Below, one piece after another: positions 37,286-50,488 of a DNA stretch of 64,000 bases. The position numbers and the translations under genes were made by a program. Under the pieces are notes generated by a model. The model was not told the DNA's origin and did not search any database. It saw nothing but the letters and a program-made list of their open reading frames with translations. The stretch lies in the NCBI RefSeq assembly GCF_020745735.1, contig NW_026867476.1, positions 434,001 to 498,000 on the forward strand, written 5' to 3'. The DNA is from Hemiscyllium ocellatum. Taxonomy: Eukaryota. Positions within the stretch are counted from its first letter, which is position 1; every line of letters begins with the position of its first letter.

Positions 37286-39743
37286 ATGCACGAGCCAGTC
37301 ATTGCCCCATTCTTTGTCGTTTTCTACTCAATCCTCGCTGCTATCGGTGCCCCTGATAAGTCACTGATGTTCGAGAAAATCGATTGCCTATTCGTGTATT
37401 TCCAGATGTTTATTCCTTATCTTTCCAGGGTTCAGTAGAATATTTCCAAACTGCAACTCTTTAATTTTAAAGCAGTTCAACAAGTCTCCAGACCGTATAA
37501 TACATCATGAAATAATATCTGCAGCAAACTTACAGAAAAATGGGCTATGAGAACTGAGAACTGCGTTGAATCACAATGCATAAACATTAAACAGTAATAT
37601 TGTCACAAATTGCGTTCAAATCCAATTCAATAAACTGGAATTTGGTCCATTGTATGATGATTGGTTTAACACAGTGTGGTAAAATGCCTCTCTGCACAGC
37701 TTTCCTTACAGTATCTAAATATGAATTACTTTGTAGTTGTACTTTAGAAGACATTTTGTAATATAAACCTACATTCACAGATTAAACGAATGTACAGCAT
37801 GCGCTGAGCAGGGGTGTAATAAATTGTCGAGCTCCCAAAGGACAACAGAATCGTTAATGTGGTCTTGGGACTTAATTGAAGTTTAGTCTCAAAGACGTCA
37901 ATAGCGATGCAATATTTTTGTACTTTGTTAGTTTGCCTTTCTGCTGTGAATTCTCTCAAATTTCAAATCATTATATTTTAAATAATTTACCAAAAAGATA
38001 TTGTTCCTCAATTATAAGAACGTGCAGTTCCACCTCGTCTCAAGTTATCTCACTGCATACAGCAAACACCAGAACAATGTGGCAGACCAATTTAGTTTTG
38101 AGGAATATGAAATATTGACAAACGGTTTGACCAAAGGAACGTCTGAAAGAAGGGAGCAAAATCCAAGCTACTCAGGTGGTAATTCCAACAATTTGGGTTT
38201 TAGTCATTGAATCTATAACCACCATACTTTGGAATATTAAATTGAAGGATGTACAGGACATAGAATCAAACTTAACATGATATTTCAGACTGTTGTATGA
38301 TGCCGCAATGGATTTCACTAGGGTCGGGAACATCTGAACATTTGAAGGATGAGGTTGCAAAGGGTGAGACATCTCTGTAAGGATCCAACGTCGGTCAACA
38401 TTTATGGATTAAAGGCTGACCCGTATTTGATATGAATATGTTCATGTCAGCCGCATTATTTTTGTTATTGCAAATTGAACAAGTAGCTACTTGGCATTAA
38501 CTCAGTGACTGGAGTGCGATTTTGTTTTCCTGGACTGACCACATTGACAGATGATGCGGTGTTGATATGTAAGACTGGGGTGGAGAAAGTCAGACGTGAC
38601 AGTAGATCTGGTTATTGTCCAATGAGTTTGTTTAAAATAAGATTCCAGACTGCTGTTCCATTGTAAATTGCATCACAATATGTTTAATGCTGCACTTCAT
38701 GTCTAGTAATTGTCAATGTTTTCAAAAATAAGGTGGACAGTGGAAGTGCCAAGGTGATAGTTGAAGGTAGTTCTGTGTAATATTTCACGAAGATACAAAG
38801 TTTCGACTGAGTTCAGTAATGTCTCATTTGATTTTTCACAGCCAACTTGCTGGCATTCATAATTCTATTGCGAGGACGGTGTGGTCTCTCAAGGTGTATC
38901 ACCTCCTACCTGGTGGCGATCGCAGTGAGTGATTTCCTTGTCATTACTACTGCAGTCATCCTCAATCGAATCAGCCGCATCTATTTTCGGAAAAGTCTCT
39001 TCTCCACCACTCCTGCGTGCACTCTCAGTGTCGTATTGGTCAATGCCACTCTGGATTGCTCGATGTGGCTGACAGTGGCCTTTACCATTGATCGCTTTGC
39101 AGCCATCTGCTATCAGAGACAGAAGACCAGATTCAGCAATGAGAAAACCGCATTACTGGTTATAGGAATGATCTGTGTTCTGTGTTGCGTTAAGACCATC
39201 CCTTTGTACTTTGCATTCCAGCCCTTGTTCATTTTGTATGGGGTATCATCGTTTTGCAACATCAAAGTCAGCTTCTATACCTGGCCAGTCTGACAAGCAT
39301 ATGATTGGCTGTTTCGTATCATGACACCTTTTCACCGATTCTTTGTCATTCTGCTGCTAAACATCCTTACCATAAGACAAATCATAGCGGCCAACAGAGC
39401 TCGCAGGAGGCTCTGGGGTGCCGAAAATCGACAAGATCCAGAAATGGCCAACCGCCAAAGGTCCATTGTCTTGCTGTTTGCCATTTCTCTCAGTTTCCTC
39501 CTCATGTGGTCCCCTGTTGTTGGACATTTTATCTATGTGCGGCTGAAAGCTAAGAGTGATTTTGATGGACTGGATTTCAGGAACCCGAAGTACATATTTG
39601 AAGAAAGCACCAACATACTCCAGTTACTTAGTTCCTGCAACAACGACTTCATCTATACGGTCTCACAGAACTTGTTTCGAAAGCAGATGAAGAAAGTTCC
39701 GATTTACCCCTTCGTCATTCTCGCCAGATCATTTAAACGATGA
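37286..39743 (+). pseudogene. GPR139-like GPCR pseudogene (exon 1 37286-37355, exon 2 38842-39743)
   Basis: Exon 1 MHEPVIAPFFVVFYSILAAIGAP with its donor changed GT>AT. Exon 2 is open apart from a single TGA (W>stop) at 39291-39293. TIDRFAAIC and SSCNNDFIY motifs. Confidence 0.88.
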
Positions 39744-41579
39744 ATGATTAGAAAACAGGTCATCTTGTTTCTTTCCGAACAGAGTGACCGAGCGTTCACT
39801 TCTACCATTTACATTCGATAAAGAAATCTGATGAAAAGAAGCCCCAGTCTTAAAGGGACATAAGGACTATACTCCTGCTGTACAGATACCTGAAGCATAG
39901 CCTAAAAGAATGCAGAAATATTGGAAATTATTTCCTCCTGGACATGAAGCGAATTTATGATTTGTATCCACCCACACTTCCTCCAACTCTCACTGGTCTC
40001 GTACAATTCATATTTGTTTATTCATGTATTTCCCCATTGTTTTGCTGTTGATATCATTTTCCAATCTCTTCATTCCTTCCAGTTTTCCTTCAGCACTGTC
40101 GCCCTCTTTGCCATTATTTCATTTCTGTGAGCTGTCATATCGCCCCGTCCATCTAGTTCACGATGTTCCACAGAGTAACGTGATCTTCAAGAAGACCCAT
40201 AACCCAATTTTTGTGTTTGAACTGTGTCTTCAGGGATGTGTGTTCTTTTCATTGTTGAGTCTGCAGGATTTACATTGATTCTCCTGTTGAACCCCTCGGA
40301 GAATTGAACATTATAACAACATCATTAGGTTCTTCCCTAGTTTCTACATCAGAACTTCATTTTTCTGCACATGAATTCAAATAAACAAGAATACATGCTT
40401 AAACAAAATCAAATTTCCAATTTCATGGCATCAATAATTTTGCAATAACTATGATTGAGACGATCATTACATAAATTGGCACGCTCTATGTCTCAGATTT
40501 TTGAGGTACTCCAACGAATAACATTCGGCCATCCTGAGAATAATGCATTCCTTTCTGCAATTTGAGTTCTCCTTATTAATTCATCACCACAACTTAACAT
40601 CAATCTCGTATTCTCTAACATATTTACCGACTTCCTGGATGGAATGTTACCAAAAATGTTCAAAATAATGAAAACTCATCACATCTGCTGGTTGTTCCTT
40701 ATCGGTGCTCCAATTAGCATCCACAAAACGAATTCCAGAGAGTTTGCGAAATATTCTTCCCCTTTTGTGAATCTGTATTAACTCATCTCAAACATATCAT
40801 TGTTTCAAAATGTCTATTTATCGTCTCCTTCATCATATGACCTGGTAATTCCTTATAATTGACATTCAACAGTATTCTGGTCCCTGGTTTCTGATCCCGT
40901 CCTTCTTAAATAGTTGGATTAGTATCCTTTTTTTATAAACCTCAGCAACTTTTCCACAACTTCTCGAATTTCCAACGATAATCATCAATGCACTCATTGT
41001 CTATCGAGCCACCTCCTACAAGACTCTGGAATGGACACCATTTGGTTAAGGAACTTATCAACCCTAAATGTAAGAAGTTTTCTGTTCTCAGCATTCAAAG
41101 GATTTTCATGCCCTGGACTCCTCCTCTGATATCATCCGTTATTGGTAAACAGAGTCTTGAAATTTTTGAAATTTATTTATAGCCGAATATTCAGACAGCA
41201 AAACTGGCGAAGGAAAATCATTCAATAATTTCACAACAAAAGATAGAAACAATTGGGGAAAATGCAGAGAAGGACTGAGATGTCCTACAAATTAGACCTA
41301 AGCTCACATTTTGAAATAGGAACTCTTTGATGGTGTAATCAAAACACGTGGAAAGGGGCTTCAGAATTTGCAGGTTGCTGTTCTCGTTTCACGCGTGTGC
41401 AATTGTGCAATATTCCAATGTTACATAGCAGGCATGACACCGGACCAGACACGAAGTTACACGTTCGAATGTAATTGACACACTCCAGACTCTGAAATTG
41501 CATAAATTAGAGACCTTTTTGTTTATGCCGCGGAGCTCAAGCGTGGAGTTTTGAAATTTCGATTAGTTTACAACAAATG

Positions 41580-42990
41580 ATGCATGGCCCAGCGAGTGTC
41601 TCGTTCAATGCCCTGTATTATTTAGCACTTGCTACTACTGGTGTCCCTTGGTCGGTAACACATTCTAACGATTTGCTTTGAAGTTCAACCAAGTAGTTTC
41701 TTTTACATTTCACGATCGTCTTTGTTTTCTGATAGTCACCGCTGAAGGAAACAGCCCAGATCACTATGTATATCCAAAATATTGAGATGGACTAAATTTC
41801 ACGCGTTTGCAATGCACAGCAACATTATACGCAAACTGTTATTTTGAGCAATTAAAGAACAATTAGTTATTAGATTATTGGTTTGTGAATTTTAATGTGT
41901 GAAATTGCCTGAATAATATTCAGATTAACTGCACAAAATTAAATTTTATTACACTGCTGGCAAAGTCAAGCAGCTGTTTTTGCTGTTGTCTGGAATAATG
42001 CACTATCATTGCGTTCAATAATTTTATACACAGTTGACATGATGATCCCGAAGAAAATTATTGCACATGCGTCATTATTTTAAAGATTAAAAGTGTATCT
42101 AGTGATTACTCAAATCAGTTCAAAGGTTCTTGGCACTTTCGCCAGCCAACCTGCTGGCGATCTTTTTACTATAACGAGGATCGTGCGTACTCTCTGGGTG
42201 CACCAACTTTTACTTGGTGGGGATAGCAGTGAGCGATTTTCTTGTGATCACCACTGGGTACTTCCTGACTCAGGTCGGCGGCATTTAATTCTGACACAGC
42301 GCCAAGTCCGCGACTACTGCCTGGGCAGTCAGCACCATGATAATCTAAGCCAGTCAGAATGGCTCCATCTGGCTGATTGGTATTCACCATCGGCCGTTTC
42401 GCGACTCTGAAGACCAGGTACTGCACCGAGAAAACTGCATCACTGTTCATTGGAGTGGTTTTCGCCCTGAGCTGCATCATGAATCTGCTTCAGACGACGT
42501 CAACTAGCCCTTGTACATTGTGGACTGGGTGTTCCGGTTCTGTGACTTCAGATACTCGTACTGTAATTCATCTGCATGGAAGTCCTATTACTAGCTGAAT
42601 CATATCTTCACGCCTTTTCTGCCCTTCCTTCTTATTCTGCTGCTCAATGCCGTGACTGTCAGATACATCTTGGGAGCCAGCAGTGTCTGAAGGAAGCTCC
42701 AGGTCCAGCATACTGCTCTTCACCATCTCGCTCAGCTTCCTCCTTCTAAGGGTCACCTTTTTTGTCAGGCGCTCCTTCTACGTGTAGTTTAAAGGTGAGG
42801 AATACTTCCGCGGCTTGGATTTCACTGACCCACAGTTTATTCTCCAAGAAACGACGAACATGATGCAGACACTAAGTTCCTGAAAAAACGTTTTCATTAA
42901 TGCAATATCCCAGAACAAGTGTTGAGATGAAATGAAGATGGTGTTATTGTCGCTCTTCACATCTCTCGCTGGGTGCAAAATAATTTTGTC
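41580..42990 (+). pseudogene. GPR139-like GPCR pseudogene (exon 1 about 41580-41650, exon 2 about 42146-42990)
   Basis: Exon 1 MHGPASVSFNALYYLALATTGVP with a 1-nt insertion before the donor. Exon 2 ANLL..VFTIGRFATL..TRYCTEKTASL..PFLPFLLILLLNAVT, with many frameshifts and deletions. Confidence 0.8.
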
Positions 42991-45900
42991 ATGTTTTACG
43001 TCGATCAGAGTGGTTTAGTGTGTAACACACAGTCTCCCTCTCAAAATTAAATTACAATTGTGCGTTCATGCTTCTGTCCTGGAATTATGACCAGTCCGTT
43101 TTCCAGCCTTGACATCCTCTGTTACTAAGACCAACAGAAAATAAAACTAGCAGAAGATGTATTTCCAAGGATGAGATACTAAACTGTGGACAATGCCTGT
43201 GATGAATATGTTACACTTCCAGTGGCCCGGGCAATATCACTTGATATTCGTCTCAAACTCTCTAGATGCTCCTTCCCTCACAGTCGCCATTCTTCCGTTG
43301 TTTCCTTCCTTCTTCTCCCGCATTCGTGTCTTAGCACTACCACATCTACTTCTTTGATTCGTTCACGTTGCCTTTCACCTTGACACAGTCCTGGTGAACA
43401 GGTCAATGCGTCCTCAACAATGATCTCGATTGTTTTCATGTTTTCGCTGGATCATACATTCCACGCCTCTCCAGGTAAAGCTCAGCTTCAGTTTATGTCT
43501 TTCACAGTATTAGCAGTATCCAAAGAACTCAGCGACCCCAACCCCAATCTCCCCACACCACATCTCGACATACACACATATATTCTGCCCTTTAAGTCAA
43601 ATGTCGTTATACAAGACAAGCCGAAACGATGTTTTCCTTCTGCTTTAGACAACAATTAACACAATTGTCAGGTCCTGATTATCATTTCTCTCCATTCCCT
43701 CTGTGAATATTCTTAATGGAGTAAGGACACCATCTGGCGGTGCATTCAGATAAATTAAGTGCGACGATGTTCAGTGACTTAAATTTAATATTTCTGGAAT
43801 GTATTCTACGAAAAATTTGATATTATCACGAGGACAAACAATTGCTCCTCCATTGCAAGTATTGTGGACATCGTCATTGTTATTTATTTGTTTTGAATGA
43901 CACTAGATAATTAAAAATATGTACATATATTTAAACGTGTGTCACATACTCTTGGGAATTGAACATCTCTACCAAGTTTGTACGTGTTGTGCATGTTGCA
44001 GTAGAGTTTGTACTGATAGAAGTTTCAACACTAGTGCAGGACGAAAACGTAACAGAAGAGATTAATTGAACACGGACCTTTAATTTTCCATGTTCTTTTC
44101 GGCGAGAGCACGGGTAAGTGGATCTGAGTCCACGAAAAGATCAGCCATGATTTTATAATGGTGGAGTAGGCTTGAAGAGCCGGACGGCCTACTCTTGCTC
44201 CAAGTTCTTATGTTCTAATGTTCTTATGATCATCACCTGGGACACGCAGTTTTCTGATGAAGAGTCTCTGGACTCAAAATTTTAACTCTGTTTTGTACCA
44301 ATAGCTGCTACCAGACCTGCTGGGTTTCGACAGCAAATTGTGTTTGGCTTCAGATTTCAGCATCCACATGTCAAATGTTGAACAAATAAATGATTGTTCT
44401 GATAAGATATTTGAAACTTCTGGACATAAACTGAATTTTGACAAAATCCACACTTTTTTGCCACTAATTTAAACTTTCCTGCGTTGCATCCTCCGCGCAG
44501 TTCAGTTTGTTCCAACACCTGAGAATGTCAATCGAAAATTTCTAAATCATCCAAGTGACATTCCAGCCATTTTGTTGGTCAGAAATTTGCGCATTGAATT
44601 CACTTATAACAGTGACCATCAGAAAATGCATCAACGTCCTTCAAGTCATCAATAGTCCCAGCATCCAAGTTATGAACACCTAACTCCCACTCCGCTAATC
44701 TGGGCATATGTTAGGATGCCTAACCTATGACTGCGAAAATAAATCATCTTCACTGAACTCAAAGAAGTGCTAAAACCTCAAAGGAAGCTTTTTAAAGACA
44801 TACTGAAGGCTCCCTTCCAGAAATGGAAGAGATTTCAACGCGTGGGAGATCGTCGTTCAGGATGAAATGACTTGAATTTATTGCATCCAGGGACACAACT
44901 CGTTGAGAAAAGCCACGCACGAGCTGAACAGGAATTGTAGAACGGAATGCCACCAATGTCGAAATAAAAAAAGTAATTCCACCTCCTCAGCAATGGCTAA
45001 ATTCGTTGTCTTCAGTGTGGATCTTGGACTTGGTACGTGTCATGTCAGGACCTACAGAAACGTGATTAATGACAAGGAATTTTCTCGCTTGCAATCGAAC
45101 GCTTTAACGAGTGATTTGAGAATCAAGACCAGTTTAGACACGTTGTAACATCCACCAGAACGTGGTGGAGTGACACCTATATCCACCTGGGTAGCACTTA
45201 GACGTGCTGTTCATTGCCGCATCAGTCTACATCATGTTTTAGCAGCTAACTTGCAGAGTTGAGTTGTTAACCGAGCCATGAGCGGGAATAGTAACCTTCA
45301 CAACGTGAACAAAAAGCGAAGATAATAATTGATACTATTTAAATTGAGTCTTAAAAAGCCTAGCATTTTTTTCTGGAAAGCAAACCGTATTTGTTCCTAT
45401 ATAGCTGCTTCCTTGTCATCTCTTTCCCTGTTGAAAATTTCTCTCTCTTCATTCACAGTTAATCCTCCATTTTATAATCCAATCTCGTGAAATGTGGCTT
45501 CATGTCTAGTGCGAGTCTTTTGAAGTCAACAGCTTGAACAAATTCGACGAGGAACTTCTGGTCAAATCTACCCAGGCTTCTGGAATACGACGATACAAAC
45601 GACACTTTTTATGGGTGATGTACATCGCTGCAGCTCAGTGACTCAAAGCAGACCCTGCTCTGTTCTTTCATGCAGCACGTCTGATTACCAACATCAAGTA
45701 ATGACAATTACACTTTCTTCAGAATGAAACCCAAGACGACAAATTGAACCTTTTCAAAACTCAATGCCATTCATAGGATGAGAAGGACAGTGTGACTGTC
45801 GACATCTCAATATTTCGTCTCACGTGTGATCTGATCGAAAGGTTTCACTTTTTCCATAACAACAGGGTTATGCTGATCGGCAGAATGTACCAACTCCTGA

Positions 45901-46726
45901 GGGATGCCAAATCTCACGTTAATCCTCTATTGTGCAGAATCACACTTTATTGGATCGAATGCCCAAATTCAGGAAATTTACTTTTTGTGACCAGCTACCA
46001 AAATAGGACTTTGTATTTCTCAGTTACCACCATAAAGAGAAGAGCAACTCGATTGTTTATACACAGATTAAATATCCAGATGTGATTTGCTGACAAAGAA
46101 TTAGGAAATTTGCTGAGAAGATTAAAAGTGTTTATTTCCATCCAGCCTAACAACAGAAACGTCAAGTGACGTTTTACTGGCGGCTCTGACTCATCAGGCA
46201 GCCGCTACTCAATGCTTTTAATTGGTTTAGTCGTGAGTTACATCCTACCTAATTCTTAATATTTTAAAACATGTCAGCGTTATACTTGTACCATAAATCG
46301 ATAACATGCCAATCTGGAATGGTTAATGTGAAATTACAGGGACAGTACTCAATAATGCACAATATGTTTGCCGTTGTTCAGATTATTCCAATGTTTCATT
46401 ATTAGAATCATGTTGCAATATATCGTCTCTCAAACTGAATGCTGCAGTTCCATTTTACTGGAGGAATGTGCTGGATCAAAACTAGCTGTTCAATAGCAGC
46501 TCATCGCTGTCACAGCATTTTCTAACATCAACAAATGCACAAAATATTTTTATTTGTTTTACATTCACGAAACTATTCGTTTATTTCAATAATGGATTTA
46601 TAATAGGTAAAGATTTGTGTCCGAATGTCAAGTATCAGATATCACTGTGAGCTCAAGAATCGCTTCAGATATACACCGGATCTCACTGTTCGCTGAACAC
46701 ACAATCATGTACAGAGATGCTCTTAG

Positions 46727-46765
46727 AGTTTTTGTACAGGGTCAGCCATGTTCTGATTCTCTGTG
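46727..46765 (-). other. 23-RSS (CACAGAG-23-ACAAAAACT)
   Basis: Heptamer 46759-46765, spacer 46736-46758, nonamer 46727-46735. Confidence 0.9.
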
Positions 46766-47069
46766 GGACTCAGTGCGCAGTCATACACTGCAGAGTCTGT
46801 TAGTTCTGTACTCAACACATTCAGTTTGATAGTGCGGTTCACAGGATCAAAATTCCAGGAAAGCCGGCCCAGTAGGAAACTCCCCGTTTTCTCGCTGTAT
46901 TGCTCTTTCTGTAGCAGAAACTGTACGGATCCGTTGGAAGGTTGACGGTACCAGTACAGGTAAGCATTGTTGCTTATTGTAGTGTAATTACAGAACAACA
47001 GCACATCGTCCCCCTCATTCAGTTTGATTGCAGCCGGTGTTTGTGAGACAGAATCGCCACGACAAAGTC
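46766..47069 (-). CDS. TCR alpha/delta V segment, V exon (open frame)
   Basis: After the cttgtag acceptor: GLCRGDSVSQTPAAIKLNEGDDVLLFCNYTTISNNAYLYWYRQPSNGSVQFLLQKEQYSEKTGSFLLGRLSWNFDPVNRTIKLNVLSTELTDSAVYDCALSP. Confidence 0.9.
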
Positions 47070-47521
47070 CTACAAGAGCCAGGAGTTATACAAAATTAAA
47101 TAAGGCACGACAATATACTTAAAGTCCAGAATTCGCAAATGTACCTTCATCAATAAACCGAGAAATAAATGAGGGAAGTCAAACTGGATTGCATTCCATA
47201 TGTCGTGATCATTTCCCATTACATCTCTCGAAACCTGTAGTGAAACATGAAAACTGTTGGTGGATATAAAACTCTCCCCTCGGTAAAATCATCTGAATTA
47301 TCTTAGACCTGTCTGCATTTCAAGCCGAACTCTTCCACTGCCATTGCCTCATTTACACTCGCTCATTTCTGTCAGATTTTGCTCATTGTTGGGGAAAATT
47401 TAGATCCAGATTTTTTTGGGCGGAGAATGTATTGTTGCTTCTATGTTGCGCAAGTTGATTGAATATAATTCACTTCTCAGCAAAGAGCTGAAGCACAGAC
47501 ATAGACAGGTGTTTAACCTAC

Positions 47522-47573
47522 CAGTTAGAATGGCTGCAATTGTGAGGAGTAAATCCAGAGCTCCTGGCAACAT
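47522..47573 (-). CDS. Leader exon of the V at 46766-47069
   Basis: MLPGALDLLLTIAAILT G|GTAGG, phase 1, in frame with the V exon across a 452-bp intron. Confidence 0.75.
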
Positions 47574-48989
47574 GTTTGCAGAGAGTTCACCGTGAATATG
47601 CAAACAACTGGCTGAAGCTAAAATGGTTCTCCTCAAGAGTTGGGTAATTCAGGTTGAGTAATTTCCGGACCTCTGCTCGTTGGACCATTGTTGGCAAAGG
47701 CATCGTGTGAAAGCCAATGAGTACCAGGCTCCTTTGTTCTTCAGATGAGCCAATCAGTTTCAAGCTCGTTTGAGCCCCACTTCATATTATGACTGATGTG
47801 ATAAACTAACAAAGTTCAGATCATGGGTTACTGCATCCGGAAGGCTCACTCGGTTTTCTCATCACAGTTGCTGCCAGGCCTGCGCGATTCTCTGGTTGTT
47901 TGTTTTTGTATTGGATTTCCAGCCACTGCAGATTTTTGTTATTTTTGTTTCACCCACTGGAGTGATTAGAATCACGTGGATCTTATTGACTATGAGATCC
48001 TTCATTGGGATTGTTAAATCGATGGAGTCCTGGGCAATAGGTATAAGTACAAGATTTTGAGTCGCCTCACTTCACAGACAGAATCCAAACAGGCTATCTA
48101 TGGCCAGTGTACTGTCACAAATAAATGAAGGGTGACTTGGCGACGGAATGTCAGCTTCTGTGCAGTTATTTCAAGAGCAAAGTAACTTTGTTCATTAACA
48201 AACAATGGTATGGACAGAGATTGAACCAAACGTTGTCCCATGTCGATTATTATTTCAGCAAGCACTTCTCCAAATGGGAATTAATTCATCCTGTTCGAGT
48301 ATGATAACTGTGGTGTCACAGGTAACAAAGCTGGTCTCGGTCTTCAACAGTCCCATTAGCTGATGCGTAGGACCAGTGGGTCTGGGGGATTCTGATACAA
48401 TGATGAGGAAACAAATAAATAAAATTTTTTAAAAAACTGAAACAGTACAATCGAATGTTGTTTCTGATGCATTTCCTGGTGTGATACGTTGCAACTGCCT
48501 TTCATTAACTTTACTTTGTTCCATCGTAAACATAACTCCTGCATGAGTATCAAATACACTGCAGTGCATCAAACACGCGGCTCACCGCCACATTGTCTCA
48601 GCTTATACAAGGCTAACTGACCTCTCACGGAAAAAAAAGACATTCTGTTAAACTCTCCCTCATTTGAATGGGCATGGTGAAAGGACAGAGGTGCATGCGA
48701 ACGTAAATTCCAAATCCTGACTAATGTTTACCAAGTTTACAAGTGACACAAAAATTAGTAGCATGGCAATTGGTACTGACTATGAATTAAAGATTCTCTT
48801 GGAAGACAAAGTCACAGACTGTTTCAAAGAATGTCACTGTACCATATTCTGGTGAGATCTCCAGGAAATGTTCAATAAAGAAATGAACAATTCATGAATG
48901 GGAGGAAAAGCAAATCGTGAATTTTCATCGGCCATTCTCAAGATGATGTGATCCGCACTGCTGTTTCGTAAAACCAAAGACACACGTTC

Positions 48990-49228
48990 GATTTCAGCCT
49001 CAGGTAGCTGTCACGATGGAGGGTGCACGCTCTCCCTAAATCTGCATGGGTTTCCTATGGGTGTTCTGGTTTCCTCGCACAGTCCATAGGCGGGCAGCTT
49101 CGGTAACTTAGACCTTAGGTAACATAGGAGATGCAGGGGGAGGTTGGGTCTAGATGTGATTTTCTTCAGATGCTTGGTGTGCTCTCGATGGGCCGAATGT
49201 CGTGCATCCACACTGCAGGGATTCTATA
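48990..49228 (+). mobile_element. Degenerate V-SINE
   Basis: ..gggtttcctatgggtgttctggtttcctcgcacagtcc..gatgggccgaatg..cacactgcagggattctat. Confidence 0.6.
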
Positions 49229-50115
49229 TTTAGATGTGTATATATTGATCTTTTTTAAATGTCTTTACTGGTGGGCTGTAGGAACCGATGTCTAGCCAGC
49301 ATTGACTACCTGTCCCAAATTGTCCTTGTGAAGGTGGAGATGAGCTGCCTTATTAAACTGCGACAGTTCACCTGCTCTGAGTTGACCTACAATGCCACTG
49401 GGGGGACAGAATTATCGGTTTTTTAACAAGTGAATGCCTATCAATGCTCTGCCGATCAAACGGGCTGCATTGTCCTAGATGGTGTCAAGCATCTAAAGAC
49501 TTGTTGGAGCTGCACTCATCCAGACAATTGGGGAGTATTCCATCACAATACTGAGGTGGGCCTTGTAGATGATGGACAGGATTTCGGGAGACAGGAAGTA
49601 TATGTTACTCCCCGCATTAATCCACGTCACTGACCTGCTCGTGTTGCTGCTGCAGTTTTGCATTGTGTCCGGTTGAGTTTTTAATCATTAAAATCCGCAC
49701 GAGGTAGACAGTGGGAGATTCGGTGAAGTTAACATAGCGTTAAAGGACATGCCACTATTCTTCGTTCATGTTTCCTTCAACTGTGATTTGACCGGATCTT
49801 TAACACAATGCTTGTTAGTTTTCACTTTCTTCCATATCTGCTTCAACCGTTTCTCATCATTCTACACTCTTCAAGTATTACTAAAGTATCTCTCCACCTT
49901 TCCTTTTCTCCATTACACTTTCAGGTTTGCAAACATATACTTCTTTCACCTCCATCTGCATCCCCAACTGTCTTCACTTCTGACCATTCTTAAATTTACC
50001 TGATGCATACATTGTGGTGTACTTTGCTCATATTTCCATTATCTCAGATGTTGGTGCCAAGAATTAGCAACACTGAAACTTCATAATCACCATACTGGAA
50101 CTCCCACTCTGTGCT

Positions 50116-50154
50116 GGTTTTAGTACGCGCTTTCCATCTGTTTGTAACACTGTG
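50116..50154 (-). other. 23-RSS (CACAGTG-23-ACTAAAACC)
   Basis: Heptamer 50148-50154, nonamer 50116-50124. Confidence 0.9.
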
Positions 50155-50488
50155 CCTTCATTGCACAGAGATAGATTGCAGTGTCATTAAGTCTGGCGTC
50201 TTTCACAGTCAGTGTACTTAGTTTGTAGCCTCCACTGATTGAAGCAGTGATCCTCTCGGGCTGATCATTTTCCCTTTTGGCCATCACCAGAAGTTGGGGT
50301 GGCTGATTCGGGACCTGTCTGTACCAATACACTGTGTTCGGCATAATGGCAAAGGAGCAATTCATGGACACAATTCCCACTTCACGAACAACCATCCACG
50401 AAGGAAATTGCGTTACATCACCTTCTCCAGTCACATCCCTCGAAGTCAGAGTGGAAAACATCAGGAAGATTCTGCAAATTCGGAACAT
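50155..50488 (-). CDS. TCR alpha/delta V segment with leader fused in a single exon
   Basis: MFRICRIFLMFSTLTSRDVTGEGDVTQFPSWMVVREVGIVSMNCSFAIMPNTVYWYRQVPNQPPQLLVMAKRENDQPERITASISGGYKLSTLTVKDARLNDTAIYLCAMK, then the RSS. Confidence 0.88.

Noticed and set aside
45050-45310. Weak Ig C1-like wording on the minus strand (..STLQVSC..TPPRSGGCYNVSKLVL..FDC)
   Set aside because: Requires frameshifts and stops, and splice sites are missing; not supportable without an HMM search.
46150-46200. CTGATGA on the minus strand near a GAAACGTC hairpin
   Set aside because: No stem II closing onto GAAA, so not a hammerhead.
47157-47215. Alternative short-intron leader for the 46766 V
   Set aside because: Stops or wrong phase in all frames; the in-frame leader at 47522-47573 fits better.
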